A stretch of 64,000 bases of DNA. Origin: Octopus vulgaris. Lineage: Eukaryota. Under the pieces are notes generated by a model that was not told the origin of the DNA, searched no databases, and saw nothing but the letters and a program-made list of their open reading frames with translations. Of this stretch, positions 1-11,569 are shown piece by piece. The stretch covers positions 47,678,001 through 47,742,000 of the forward strand of contig OX597822.1 in the NCBI GenBank assembly GCA_951406725.2, given 5' to 3'. Both the position numbers and the translations under genes were made by a program. The stretch's first letter is position 1, and every line of letters starts with the position of its first letter.

Positions 1-164
1 TTTAATATATATGCTCGCTAATATATGACCTGCGTTGGACTCCTCATTCGTATCATTATTGAACCTGGGAGCTTAACTATAGTCTGTCCATAGCACTTAC
101 TCAGCATTACCTGACACCTTTGGGTCTTCTTGACACCAATACCTCTCACACCCTTGATTTTATA

Positions 165-209
<45 letters not shown>

Positions 210-594
210 CAAATATGCTAAAAAAACAGCCGTCCCCATTTGTAAAACTACAAAGTGGACGGCAGATGTCTCAGTATCAACTGATTTCACTTCCTGTGCC
301 GAATTGACACTTAAAGCTCATTAGCTGGGCTTACTATGTAAACTATTTTAAAAAATACATTTACCATTCCGTGAGCGCCTGTTCAGCTGAACAGTGTCTT
401 TCAAACGAACATTAGCGAGCAAGTATAAATTCAAAATTCAAATAAATTATTATTATCTTTAAAAAAAATAATGATAATGTGGCCAGCAAACATAATCCAA
501 ATAAAATCAAGGTACAATTTGCTGGTCACCTTATCATTACTTTTTTTTAAAATAATAATAATTGATTTGAAAATATATATATATATATACATGC

Positions 595-900
595 AGGCGC
601 AGGAGTGGCTGTGTGGTAAGTAGCTTGCTTACCAACCACATGGTTCCGGGTTCAGTCCCACCGCGTGGCACCTTTGGCAAGTGTCTTCTACTATAGCTTC
701 GGGCCGACCAAAGCCTTGTGAGTGGATTTGGTAGACGAAAATTGAAAAAACTCGTCGTATATATGTGTGTGTTTGTGTCTGTGTTTGTCCTCCCAACATC
801 GTTTGACAACCGATGCTGGTGTGTTCACGTCCCCGTAACTTAGCGGTTCGGCAAAAAAGAACGATAGAATAAGTACTAGGCTTCGAAAGAATAAGTCCTA
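595..900 (+). mobile_element. SINE family A (tRNA-derived head, CORE-like segment, internal TA/TG microsatellite), 3'-truncated
   Basis: A-box-like TGGCTGTGTGG, B-box GGTTCAGTCCC and CORE-like CCTTTGGCAAGTG. Near-identical to copies at 14055 and 21406. Stops abruptly at AATAAGTCCTA. Confidence 0.85.
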
Positions 901-1612
901 GGTGGATGAGGAATTTTTTCCCAACCAAGCTCTTCGATCTTCTGTGATGTGATCTTTGCAGAGTGGGGTCGCACATTGTCCTGATGAAACATCACTCCTT
1001 TTCAATTCGCTAATGCGGGTCTATTTTTCTTAAATGCTTGGTTCAAACGCTCTAATTGCTGACAATAGACTTGAACATTGATTGTTGCATTAGGTGGTAA
1101 CATTTCAGAGTGAATTGCTCCTTTACAATCCCACCAGATAGAGAGAAGGACCTTTTTTTCCATGAATTTTCCTTCTCGGTTGTGGTTGAACTTTTTCCTT
1201 TTTTCCAAACCACTGTTTACGACGTTTAACATTTCAATACAGGATCCATTTTTCATCACCAGTCACAAAGTCATTCGTGAGAATGGAGAGAAGAGCAGAT
1301 GTCAACTCGATATTTGCGGTTGCTTTCGGACAATTCATGAGGCACTCATTTTCCAAGTTTAGGAACCTTTCCAAGTTGTTAAAGATGACGATGAACAGTT
1401 GTATGGTTTGAACTTTGCTTTACTGCCAAATTTTCAACTGATAATGCAGGATTTTCTTCAAGTAATGCCTCAAGGAGCTTATCATCAAACTCAATTGGAT
1501 GTCCTGTTCGATCTTCATCTTCAAGGCTGAAATCTCCACTTCTGAATTTTGCAAACCATCTTCTGCAAGTTCTTTCATTCAAGCATTCTTTCCCATAATG
1601 ATCTGCGTACAA
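901..1612 (-). pseudogene. Decayed mariner (Mos1/SETMAR-like) transposase
   Basis: Minus-strand translation gives an HTH region (ERTCRRWFAKFRSGDFSLEDEDRTG), *VPHEL, VTGDEKWILY, KVLLSIWWDCKG and FHQDNVRPH...LGWEKIPHPP, with stops and frameshifts. Truncated before YSPDL. Confidence 0.95.
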
Positions 1613-1751
1613 TCGCCATTAACAACGTTCACTCTGCTCGTTCTTCTTCCTTAGTCTTCTACATTCATTCACTTGTGACCTAGACATCGATAACATCCTC
1701 CATTGCGGACATGTCACACTTGTCTGTTTCAGTGCTACAAAGTCTGCTGAT

Positions 1752-1920
<169 letters not shown>

Positions 1921-2835
1921 TTTTGCACCTTTTGTAGTTTATTGTGTCAAGACACACAAAAATAATAGCCAATCAACAAATACAAACAAGTAATTTACGT
2001 ATCCACATCAAAGAACGGCAGCCTCCAAATTGTAACCAGTTGTCGCCTGAGGATCGCAGCATCATGTAACTCGAGTTGTGAAATATTGAATTTGAATAAA
2101 TCAAGACTCATACAATTAACGTCATACATTCTGTATTTCGCATTCGATCTTCATATGATTTTATAAGAGTTTTTTTTTTTTTTTTTTAGATTTTTATCTG
2201 TTTATCTTCTAACATGAACTTTAATCGAGCAGGATTTAAGTTACACGTTTCTTAAATATTATTGTATTTTACTCTGCTTCGTGTTATTATTCATTTTCTA
2301 AAAATTATCACGCCAACCTTAATTTAATTGGATTGATTTCTACATAATCCCACGTAGTTTTTTCCCATGACCTTACATATTTCGAAATTAAATTTCCTCC
2401 GTTTCATTTTGATTGGCCATTTTTCTTTGTCTCTCTCTCTCTCTCTCTCTGTTTCCCCGCCTCTTTCATACCCTCCATTAATAATACCTTTAAATCTCTT
2501 TATGATTTCACTGTCTGTTACACGCTTTCCAATTGCTTCCACTTAACCTATGAACCGTACTTATTGTTCGTCCATATTTGATGCAATTTGTCGACCATGC
2601 GTTTCATCCTTCGGGGTCGATAAAAGAAGTACCAATTGATGTAATCTACTTAATTCCTTCCCCCGAAATTTCTGGCATTGTGCCAACGTTTGAAACCCAT
2701 TGTAACTGCCAGTATATTTTAACTTTTATCTCTTGTTTTCTTTTTCTTGATATTTTTCCTCTTCTTTTTTCTTCTACGTGTTCATTTTTCTTCTCTGTCT
2801 GCATCCCACCTTTATTTATTTATTTATTTGTCTCT

Positions 2836-3146
2836 TTATTACCCCCGCCTTCGCTAAGGCGGAGGTATTGTTTTCAGTCGTGTTTGTTTGTTTGTCCGTC
2901 GGCAAGATATCTCAAGAACTGCTGGATGGATTCAGATGAAACTTTCAAGGATGTTTAACCTCGTGACTGGCACAAACTGATTAGATTTTGGGATCAATCC
3001 GGTACCAGACAAAGATCCTGGATTTTTCCTGTTTTTTTACTTAACCTTTGAGAGTGGTTGGGTTCATTTTTAGTATTCTCATTTTAAAAATCATCTCTGG
3101 CTAATTATTGGCGGAAGTCTGCGCTCTCTGAGTGCTGCTCTTGTTT
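2836..3146 (+). mobile_element. Helentron-associated non-autonomous element (HINE/DINE-1-like)
   Basis: 5' TT-ATTACCCCCGCC with a palindromic partner (CCGCCTTcgctAAGGCGG), a short (GTTT)n, a 3' subterminal IR GGCGGAAG, a terminal stem-loop GCGCTCtctGAGTGC and a T-rich end. Confidence 0.75.
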
Positions 3147-3299
3147 TACTTGTTTTTCGTCTTAAATTTTAATCCTTTACTTCGACCCTTGTTTTTTAAA
3201 GTACTTTTCTTTTTCGCTGTAATTATTATACCTATTTCCACGTACATTGGCGATTTATGTCGTTCAGGTTTATTATAATCGTTTTCATCCAATCGTTTT

Positions 3300-3439
3300 T
3301 TATGTGTGTGTGTGTGGTGTTCATTTGTTCTTCATCACTGCTTGACAACCAGTTAGTCATTAGACTGCGGCCATGCTGGGGCATTGCCTTGAAGAGTTTA
3401 CTTAATCGTTTTTATCCAATAGATTCCTCTGTGTGTGTG

Positions 3440-3485
<46 letters not shown>

Positions 3486-3640
3486 TTTGTGTTTGTGATC
3501 CCTCCACTATAGCTTCACAGCCGGTGTTGGTTTGATTAGGTCCACGTAACTTAGTATTTCTTTAAAAGTCATCAATAGAATTAGTACCAGGCTTAAGATA
3601 TAAGTACTGGGGTCAATTTGTTCGACTAAACCCTTCAAGG
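3300..3640 (+). mobile_element. Rearranged SINE family A fragments (both orientations)
   Basis: A + strand 3' half (GCTTGACAACC...TAAGTACTGGGGTC) interrupted by a minus-strand tail fragment (AGTCATTAGACTGCGGCCATGCTGG, ~3355-3410). Confidence 0.7.
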
Positions 3641-3894
3641 CCCTATCGGGCAGCTTTTAAGCTAGCTCCTGTGGAGGGCTCTTCATTGGGCTTTGAGCCC
3701 AACAATGACTCTTCATTCTCTGAGTACATATTAAATTTTTTATTAAACTTGACCAATATTTTTCAAGCAATGAACATTTTTCGTTAAAACAATATAATTT
3801 GTCGACTTGGAACTGATTGCAAAGCTGCATGATAAACAACAGTTTTTGTCTTCCCATTCGGGGGTCAATACATTTTTTTTCTGTCTAGCCTCTT

Positions 3895-3937
<43 letters not shown>

Positions 3938-4366
3938 CTCTCTCTTCTGTTGATTGTTTTCAATTATCACCATCACCAGTACCACCACCATCGCTACCAC
4001 AACTGCTATACACACACCATTCAGACTTCTGACACTACCACCACCAATACCTTTGACTTCACCACCTTTCCCTCTACCACCTTTATCATTGTCTTTCGCA
4101 TCACTTACTATCACCGTCATCCCTGACCGCCTCGGCTGCCACCACCACCACCATCATCACCATTGCTTCCGCCTCTGTCACAACTACAGCTCATACTATT
4201 AGCATCACCCTATTACCATCACAACAGTCAATCTACTACCGCCCTCACCGTCTCTATGCCTACTATTGCTCTCACCCCAGCAGGAGGAATAGTAGAAGTG
4301 TCATTGAATAGTGAGAGAGAGGGTCAAAGTGTGACACACTGACACACAGAAGTTCATATTGGCATT

Positions 4367-4404
<38 letters not shown>

Positions 4405-4464
4405 TATTATTATCATCATCATCATTATTATTATTATTATTATTAGATAGATAGATGTAACTTT

Positions 4465-4650
4465 GTTTCTGTGTTTGTTCCCCATCACTGCTTGACAACC
4501 GGTGTTGGTTTGTTTACGTGAATGTAACTTAACGGCTCGGCAAAAGACCGACAGAATAAGTACTGGGGTTGATTCGTTCGACTAAAAACTCTTCACGGTG
4601 GTGCTTCAGCACAGCCGCTGTCTAATGACTGAAACAAGTAAAAGATGAAA
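4465..4650 (+). mobile_element. SINE family A, 3' half
   Basis: GCTTGACAACCGGTGTTGG...ATGACTGAAACAAGTAAAAGA. Confidence 0.85.
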
Positions 4651-6210
4651 TGCAGTGAGTCACTTTTGTAGAATCCACAGTAACAACTCCTGGTATGTTT
4701 CGCTCTTGTTTGACCTCATCAGCGAATCATCGTCAAGTGGTTACGACGGGGGAGCATTTTTTTTTTTTTTTTTAGAGGATGAATGGAAATAGATTGACTG
4801 GGAACGGTTTCCCTGGAACGCCTGCTGCACGAAAACCGAACTGTATACTGGGTGCGAGTCTACTTGATGTCGTAAATCAAGAAAAGCTCAAATTAAAATG
4901 AGACCTTTAAGTAATATAAAAAAATAATTTCCTGGATAATTAATTGGGGTCAGAAAAAGACAGGAGGTGACAACTCCGAGATTTTAATTAAACTCAGTGA
5001 AGATTACTTCGCTCCTGCTTCTTTACCTTATAAATTTTATTCTGTATTCTAATTGTTTTCTTTGTTCAATAACGAATTTTAAACTCGCTATAGCCAATAA
5101 AATACGCATGTGTTTGTGTGTGTGTGTAAGAGAGAGAGAGAGAGAGAGAGAAAGAGGGGGAGGCGGGGAGGGCATAGGGAGATTAGTCAGCATATAATAT
5201 TAGGGCTCCGTGAACTCTCTTGGTCACTTCCTGTCTACTTACTTGCTTCGCTCGGTTTCATTGTTGGATGTTGGGGGACAGGCTTGCAGTTGCAACCAGA
5301 CACGAATCTGTCACAGATATTTGACCGGGTAGACATCTCTGTCTGTCTGTCTGTCTCGCCAATAAGATCGGAACGAGAACCTCTGAGTAGCAATGGAGTG
5401 AATCAGTAGCAGCTCTGTGTGTTTTTGCCACACACACACACACACGCACACATACACGTATAGACATATACGCTCACATAATACACACGCGTATGTGGAG
5501 TTTGACATTTATCCCTTAGAAAGTCTTATTCAGCCTCGAATTGCGGGTGGAGAGGTGTTTTACCTTTTAATTTTCTTTCTTTTAAATTTATAAACCTCTA
5601 CTGAAATGAAAGGAAAGCTTGGAACAGAATTAACTGTTTTTTTTTATAGCCAATAACGAGACATACGCGAATCTGAACTCATAGTCTTATATATCATTAC
5701 AATGTTTGTATGTATGCATGTATGTGTGTGAGAGAAAGAGAGAAAGGGGATGGAGATAGAAACATCTTGTAAGAATATCTCTCACTCCAGCGTATTGCAG
5801 CTGCTGTACACACTCGCTCAGACACCAGTTTGAATATACATACATGCAATTCATACGAGTTTTACTATATATTTATTATCTTTAAACAGAGTATTTGCTT
5901 TGCGCATAATCAATGATTAGCAACTATCAGCGCAGCGACAGTTGCAAATAACACTAGGGCTTGCGTATTCACTTCTCTATGCTTTCTTATTTCAGTTTAG
6001 CTAAATTGTGAGGATGTTGCTGCAAATGGGAGATGTCAACCGTCTCCGTTGGCCGTTAAAAGTACACACGCACACACTTAAAACAAAGATCAGATTTTAT
6101 GGTATTATTTTGAATTCTGAAGTTACAGTTGTTTCATTACTTAGGAAATACACTTTATAAACATAAATATCAATAACAATATAGAAATAATGAACTCATT
6201 GTAAATTTTC

Positions 6211-6610
6211 TTTTATCTTTTACTTGTTTCAGTCATTAGACTGCGGCCATGCTGGGGCACCACCTTGAAGAATTTTCGTCGAACGAATTGACCCCGGTTC
6301 TTTTATTTTTTACATTTTGTCTTTTTATCCTGGTTCTTATTGTATAGTTCTTTTTGGTCGAACCCCTAAGCTATGGGGGCGCAAACACACCAACACCTGC
6401 TGTCAAGCATTTGTGGCGGACAAGCGCAAACACACACACACACACACGTTTATATGCGACAATTTTCTTTCAGTTTCCATCTACCAAATCCACTCACAAG
6501 GCTTGGTCGGTGCGAGGCTATATTAGAAGACACTTGCCGAAGGCTGCTCCGCAGTGAGACTGAACCCACAACCATGTGTTTAGGAAGCAAGCTTCTTACC
6601 ATACAGCCAC
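6211..6610 (-). mobile_element. SINE family A, near full length
   Basis: Reverse complement of the family A sequence from head (GTGGCTGTATGG) to tail. Confidence 0.9.
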
Positions 6611-6642
6611 ATTATTATTTAGTACCTTTTGTAATCCTTTGT

Positions 6643-6958
6643 GAAGGCGCATGGCTCAGTGGTTAGACCGTCGAGCTTATGATCGTGAGGTTATGAGTTC
6701 GATTCCCGGACTGGGCTGCGTGTTGTGTTCTTGAGCAAGACACTTTATTTCACGTTGCTCCAGTTCACTCAGCTGTAGAAATAAGTTGCGACGTCACAGG
6801 TGCCAAGCTGTATCGTCCTTTGCCTTTCCCTTGGATAACACTGGCTGGCATGTATGGGCGACTGCTGGTCTTCCATAAACAACCTTGCCCGGACATGTGC
6901 CTGGGAGGGTAACTTTCTAGGTGCAATCTCATGGTCATTCATGATGGAAGGGGGTCTC
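6643..6958 (+). mobile_element. SINE family C (tRNA head + CORE-like domain), tail type 1
   Basis: A-box TGGCTCAGTGG, B-box GAGTTCGATTCC and CORE-like TTGTGTTCTTGAGCAAGACACTT. Flanked by a TGTAATCCT duplication (6630-6638 and 6961-6969). Confidence 0.85.
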
Positions 6959-6974
6959 GATGTAATCCTATATA

Positions 6975-7019
<45 letters not shown>

Positions 7020-7059
7020 ATATATGGACTAGTGTCCATATATAGTTCGTCTCATTATT

Positions 7060-7265
7060 TCTTTATTGCCTACAGGGGGCTAAACAGAGAGGGGACAAAC
7101 AAGGACAAAGGGATTAAGTCGATTACTTCTACCACAGTGCGTAAATAGTACTTCATTTATCGACCCCAAAAGGATCGGCGGAATTTGAACTCAGAACGTA
7201 AAGACAGACGAAATACCGCTAGGCTGTTCGCCCGATATGCTAACGATTTTGCCAGCTCGCCGCCC
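7060..7265 (-). mobile_element. SINE family B with perfect 17-bp TSD
   Basis: Head GGCGGCGAGCTGGCA...GAGTTCAAATTCC. TAGTTCGTCTCATTATT is duplicated at 7043-7059 and 7266-7282. Confidence 0.9.
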
Positions 7266-7479
7266 TAGTTCGTCTCATTATTGCTGTCGGTCCTAATCGA
7301 GTTAAACTTATATTTAAAGATGTTCCAGCCTTAACAATCCTCTCTTGTATCTCCCATCTGTCTGTCTCATACGTACGCAACGACATAAATATTCTGCAAA
7401 CGGAACACACTCCTATACAAAACGGTACAATTTTACGCCCGCACACATGTGAATTGCATTATACTACAAACTGAAGAGG

Positions 7480-7920
7480 AAGCCCCCAACTTGGCCGCTC
7501 GATTACCTAGAAACAGCAGGCAAAGTTCCCTCAAATCATATCTTGTCTTTAAAAAAATGAAGAGAAACGTTGGAATACGTTGAATATCTAGTCTCTGAAA
7601 TTTAAATAGATGGGATGGTCATGGGTGAAACGCCGTTGGCCATAGGCTGGCTTTTGCTTAGTCAATATTGACCTGGCGTAACGCGGCGTGCTGACAGAAA
7701 AGTTAGCATGTCGGGCGAAATGCTTCGTGGTATTTCGTCTGTCTTTACGTTCTAAGTTCAAATTCCAACGTGGTCGACTTTGCCTTTCATCCATTCGGGG
7801 TCGATAAATTAAGTACCAGTTGCGTACTGGGGTTGATCTAATCGTCTGGTCCCCTCCCTCAAAATTTCCGGCCTTGTGCCTAGAGTAGAAAAGAATATTG
7901 ACCTGGTGTTCAACAACAGT
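7480..7920 (+). mobile_element. Old family E repeat ((AAC)n tail) interrupted by a family B SINE (~7680-7893)
   Basis: Family E motifs CTAGAAACAGCAG..CCCTCAAATCA, GGATGGTCATGG and GACCTGG..CAACAAC. The B insert is flanked by AATATTGACCTGG at 7664-7676 and 7894-7906. Confidence 0.8.
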
Positions 7921-8055
7921 ATTACATAACCACAAGTCAGTTAGCACCTAAACATGAGCAATCACGGACTAGTTATTACATGAACAAGAACAATCACACG
8001 CCCGTAGGCATTCATGGGACACACGTACAAGAGTGCGTCTGTCTGCCTGCCTGCC

Positions 8056-8089
<34 letters not shown>

Positions 8090-8094
<5 letters not shown>

Positions 8095-8260
8095 GGATGT
8101 GTGTTAAAAAGCTTGCTTACCAACCAAATGGTTCCGGGTTCAAATCCCACTGTGTGGCACCTTGGACAAAGGTTTTCTACTGTAGCAATCAGGCCGATCA
8201 GATCCTTATGACTGGATTTGGTAGACGGAAACTGAAAGAAGCCTGTCCTATACATATACC

Positions 8261-8307
<47 letters not shown>

Positions 8308-8485
8308 TTGTCCCCCTACCATCGCTTGTCAATGTTGGCATATTTACGTCCCCGTACTCTAGTGGTTCGGCAAAAGAGACCGATAGAATAAGTACTAGGC
8401 TTACAAAGATTGATTTGTTCGACTAAAGGGCGGTGCTTTATCATGGCCGCAGTCAACTGACTGAAACAAGTGAAAGAAAAAAATA
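8090..8485 (+). mobile_element. SINE family A
   Basis: Head, CORE-like segment, internal TA/TG run and tail all match other copies. Confidence 0.9.
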
Positions 8486-8558
8486 AAAAGGAATATATAT
8501 ATATAATATATAAATATATATTCATATATGTGTACGTATATGTACATACACTTATACG

Positions 8559-8595
<37 letters not shown>

Positions 8596-8643
8596 TAGGA
8601 AGAAATGGAGCTGAACGAAGATTTAACAAAATTCCTTTTTATT

Positions 8644-8729
8644 ATTTTCTACATATGTTTCAAAGGCTGCAAAGTCCCTAATTCGGATTGAATAAGGAGT
8701 CCATTTTGCAGCCTTCTCTTCAGGAAAAT
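8644..8729 (-). ncRNA. Type I hammerhead ribozyme (mirror copy in the left palindrome arm)
   Basis: Reverse complement of 8973-9059; differs only in the distal part of stem II. Confidence 0.85.
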
Positions 8730-8972
8730 CCAGGAACTTAATTCTCCAACAAAATGCACAGCAAGCTTTTCGACAAACGCTCACGAGGAGCCCATGGAAT
8801 AAAAATTTTATTCCATGGGCTCCTCGTGAGCGTTTGTCGAAAAGCTTGCTGTGCATTTTGTTGGAGAATTAAGTTCCTGGATTTTCCTGAAGAGAAGGCT
8901 TATTCCATGGGCTCCTCGTGAGCGTTTGTCGAAAAGCTTGCTGTGCATTTTGTTGGAGAATTAAGTTCCTGG

Positions 8973-9059
8973 ATTTTCCTGAAGAGAAGGCTGCAAAATG
9001 GACTCCTTATTCAATCCGAATTAGGATACTTTGCAGCCTTTGAAACATATGTAGAAAAT
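8973..9059 (+). ncRNA. Type I hammerhead ribozyme with extended stem II
   Basis: ATTTTC [CTGAAGA] GAAGGCTGCAAA...TTTGCAGCCTTT [GAA] AC-ATAT-GT [A] GAAAAT: stem I 6 bp, stem II 12 bp plus an inner hairpin, palindromic stem III, GUA cleavage triplet (cut after 9053). Confidence 0.85.
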
Positions 9060-9266
9060 AATAAAAAGGAATTTTGTTAAATCTTCGTTCAGCTCCATTT
9101 CTTCCTATACTAAATATATAAAACTTCAAATTTCCGCACTAAGGCACGGAGTTTAGGCCCCATGGTCGTAACCTCAACCGTGCTTTTTCTGTTGTGATTT
9201 TTGCTACCCAGGTATCGGTTATCATTTGAATTATCCGTAATAAGATAATTCATTTATCTACTTCAA

Positions 9267-9330
<64 letters not shown>

Positions 9331-9332
<2 letters not shown>

Positions 9333-9476
9333 CATATGTGGGCACAGGACGTCTTGAAACATGTACAACAACAACAAAAAGTACGAGTACATGGAATGTG
9401 AACTTTTTTTCGAACAACGAAAGACACAAATGGAAAACAAGACAAACAACATAAAGAACGACCCTTCATCAGTTGC
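9331..9476 (-). mobile_element. TA-embedded fragment, probable Penelope-like pLTR remnant
   Basis: Unique GT-rich island between TA and CA runs, beginning CTGATGAAGGG on the minus strand. No complete HHR. Confidence 0.35.
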
Positions 9477-9649
9477 ACACACACATATATATATATATCA
9501 GTCTTGATAGGTAACAGCTTGTATTGTATGCATTTTATGTGTATCGATGTCTACTTGTAAGTGCTGGCACATATATATCTGAAGTGTGTGTGTGTGTGTG
9601 TGCATTTGTACATTTAGTGAGAAATGTATCATCTGTGTAAATAGACATG

Positions 9650-9963
9650 CACTGGCGGACCGGCCATGTTGTCAGCTTGCCCTTTGGCCAGTGTGCCCCT
9701 GCGCCATTACAATCCATATATGGGGACCTATGTTAGTATCTAAGGGGCCCATCCCCTCAAGTTTGATAATTTTTTATTCACTCCTGGAAGAATGCATTAA
9801 CTATTTCAGCCTGGCTGTGTCTGTTGACAGTTGAAAAGAATACTTTCAACAAAAAAAAAACAAAAGCAAAAACAAAAAAGAAAAATTAAACGATAGCATT
9901 GTAGTTGCGGGTGGGCAACTTAGTCTCCTGGCAACCAATATTTTTAGACCCAGTCCGCCACTG
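9650..9963. mobile_element. hAT-type MITE
   Basis: TIRs CACTGGCGGAC / GTCCGCCACTG and an 8-bp TSD TAGACATG / TAGATATG. Confidence 0.85.
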
Positions 9964-10099
9964 TAGATATGTGTGTATTTGCTTGTGACTTGTTGCGTGA
10001 GTGTGCTTGTTTTTCATAACTGATGGCCAAGGTGAATAAAAAAAAAAAACCGAGATGATGGTTAAATCAACAACAAAAACCAAAGCAGGAATCCTGTCA

Positions 10100-10295
10100 A
10101 GGAACTCCTGTGTGGTAGCTGAACCTGCTAGAAATAGCAGCCAAAATCGTTTGAAATTATATCATGCTATTTTGATAAGAGGAAAGATATATTGAACAAT
10201 GCAGTCTTTGATATACTGTCTAAAGAAATGAAACAAGGGGATGGGATGGGATGGTTATTAGTGGCTTATGATAGAGCTAGGGTTTAAAACAACCT
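10100..10295 (+). mobile_element. Old family E repeat
   Basis: ACCTGCTAGAAATAGCAGCCAAA...GGATGGTT...GGGTTTAAAACAAC. Related copies at ~14920-15110(-), 25860, 26150, 26500-26670, 35610-35810(-), 36000, 38240, 49560, 56070, 57930-58100(-) and 59320(-). Confidence 0.7.
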
Positions 10296-10635
10296 ACACA
10301 AAATCATAACTATACCAATAGCAATCACTGCGGCGACCACAGTAATAATAAAAGTAAAAAAGATTGTCGGAGTGTGAATGAAACAGGTCATCTCTGTATG
10401 ATGTAAAAAGAAATCATTAATATTAGTTTTTATATTGCATGCGAGCGATTGTGGGTGGACAAGGGTCGATAGTGAAGTGTGTCATGTTGGGTAGAAGCTA
10501 GATGATGGTGGTGGTGATGATGATGATGATGATTGTGGCGGCGGCGGTGGTGGTATTGTTTTTTTTTTTTTGTTATGAGACAGACATGGTTGACTGATTG
10601 ATATACTAAACGGATTTCCTTTATTTGTTATTCAC

Positions 10636-10976
10636 TGGTTTCAGTCATTAGATTGCGGCCATGCTGGGGCACCGCCTTGAAGAATCTTGGTCGAACGAAT
10701 TGATGTCAGTATTTATTATTATTATTATTATTTTTTAGCCTGGTACTTATGCTATCAGTCTCTTTTACCGAACTGTTAAGTTACGGGAACGTTAACACAC
10801 CAACACCGGTTGTCAAGCGGTGGTCATACGCACACACATACACGACGTGCTTCTTTCAGTTTTTGTCTACCAAAAATCCACTCAGAAACCTTTAGTCGAC
10901 CCAGGGTGCCACGCAGTGGGACCGAACCCAGGACCATGTGGTTGGGAAGCAAACTTCTTACCACAGCTGTGCCTGC
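10636..10976 (-). mobile_element. SINE family A
   Basis: Matches other copies, with an internal deletion. Confidence 0.85.
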
Positions 10977-11296
10977 ATTCATTTACAGTATTTAGTTACT
11001 TTTCCTATCGCTGCGGCACCTTCAACCATTCACTATTGTAGCTGATAAATGTTTCTTTTGCCGACGCATCGTGAGTTCTATTAGGATCTTCCGACAGAAA
11101 ATGGGGGAAGAGAGGACCACCACCACCACCACCATGAATGAATTCTGAGTTGAAATCGAGCTCGGATCGGCTTTGGTGTTCCTTCTGCTGGTAATGATAA
11201 AAACAGAGTATGGGTTGGTTACGGCTGGATTAGGATAGACCTGGGGTTTAAACTACATGGACAAAATCACAAGCATAAAAGCAGCATCCTCTACAG

Positions 11297-11555
11297 GAAT
11301 GCTTCTCAACCAAGGTCCGCATGACCCTTGGTCGGGGGTGGGGTGGGTGGGTCCATATGACATTTGGGGATCCATATAAAATGTCTGTGCAATAAAATCG
11401 GTTAGACAATACACAAAACATTTCAACATTTTTTTATACTATTCTAATAATATTCAGTTATAAAACGATAATAGGATTTCTTAAACATTGATCGCATATG
11501 AGGGCTCACCTAACTAAAATAGGAACCAAAAGGTTCAGTAAAATGGTTGGGGTAA
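11297..11555. mobile_element. Degenerate hAT-Charlie-like MITE
   Basis: AATGCTTCTCAACC start, repeated GGTCC motifs and an AAATGGTTGGG end. No clear TSD. Confidence 0.4.
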
Positions 11556-11569
11556 AGACTTCCTCCCGT

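Larger units (their letters stand above)
8591..9265. mobile_element. Palindromic Penelope-like (pseudo-LTR) / retrozyme-like insertion in (TA)n
   Basis: The left arm 8591-8804 is the reverse complement of 8806-8900 and of 8901-9112. A 92-bp tandem duplication lies at 8809-8900/8901-8992. A unique 3' extension runs to ~9265, with (TA)n on both sides. Carries HHR motifs. Confidence 0.8.

Noticed and set aside
595-670. SINE heads as genuine tRNA genes (also 6643, 12735, 51355)
   Set aside because: A/B boxes are present but the cloverleafs are incomplete and continue into multi-copy SINE bodies.
4680-4730. CTGATGA GGTC..GAGC GAAAC on the minus strand
   Set aside because: Stem II is mismatched and I found no stem I partner; at best a highly decayed HHR.
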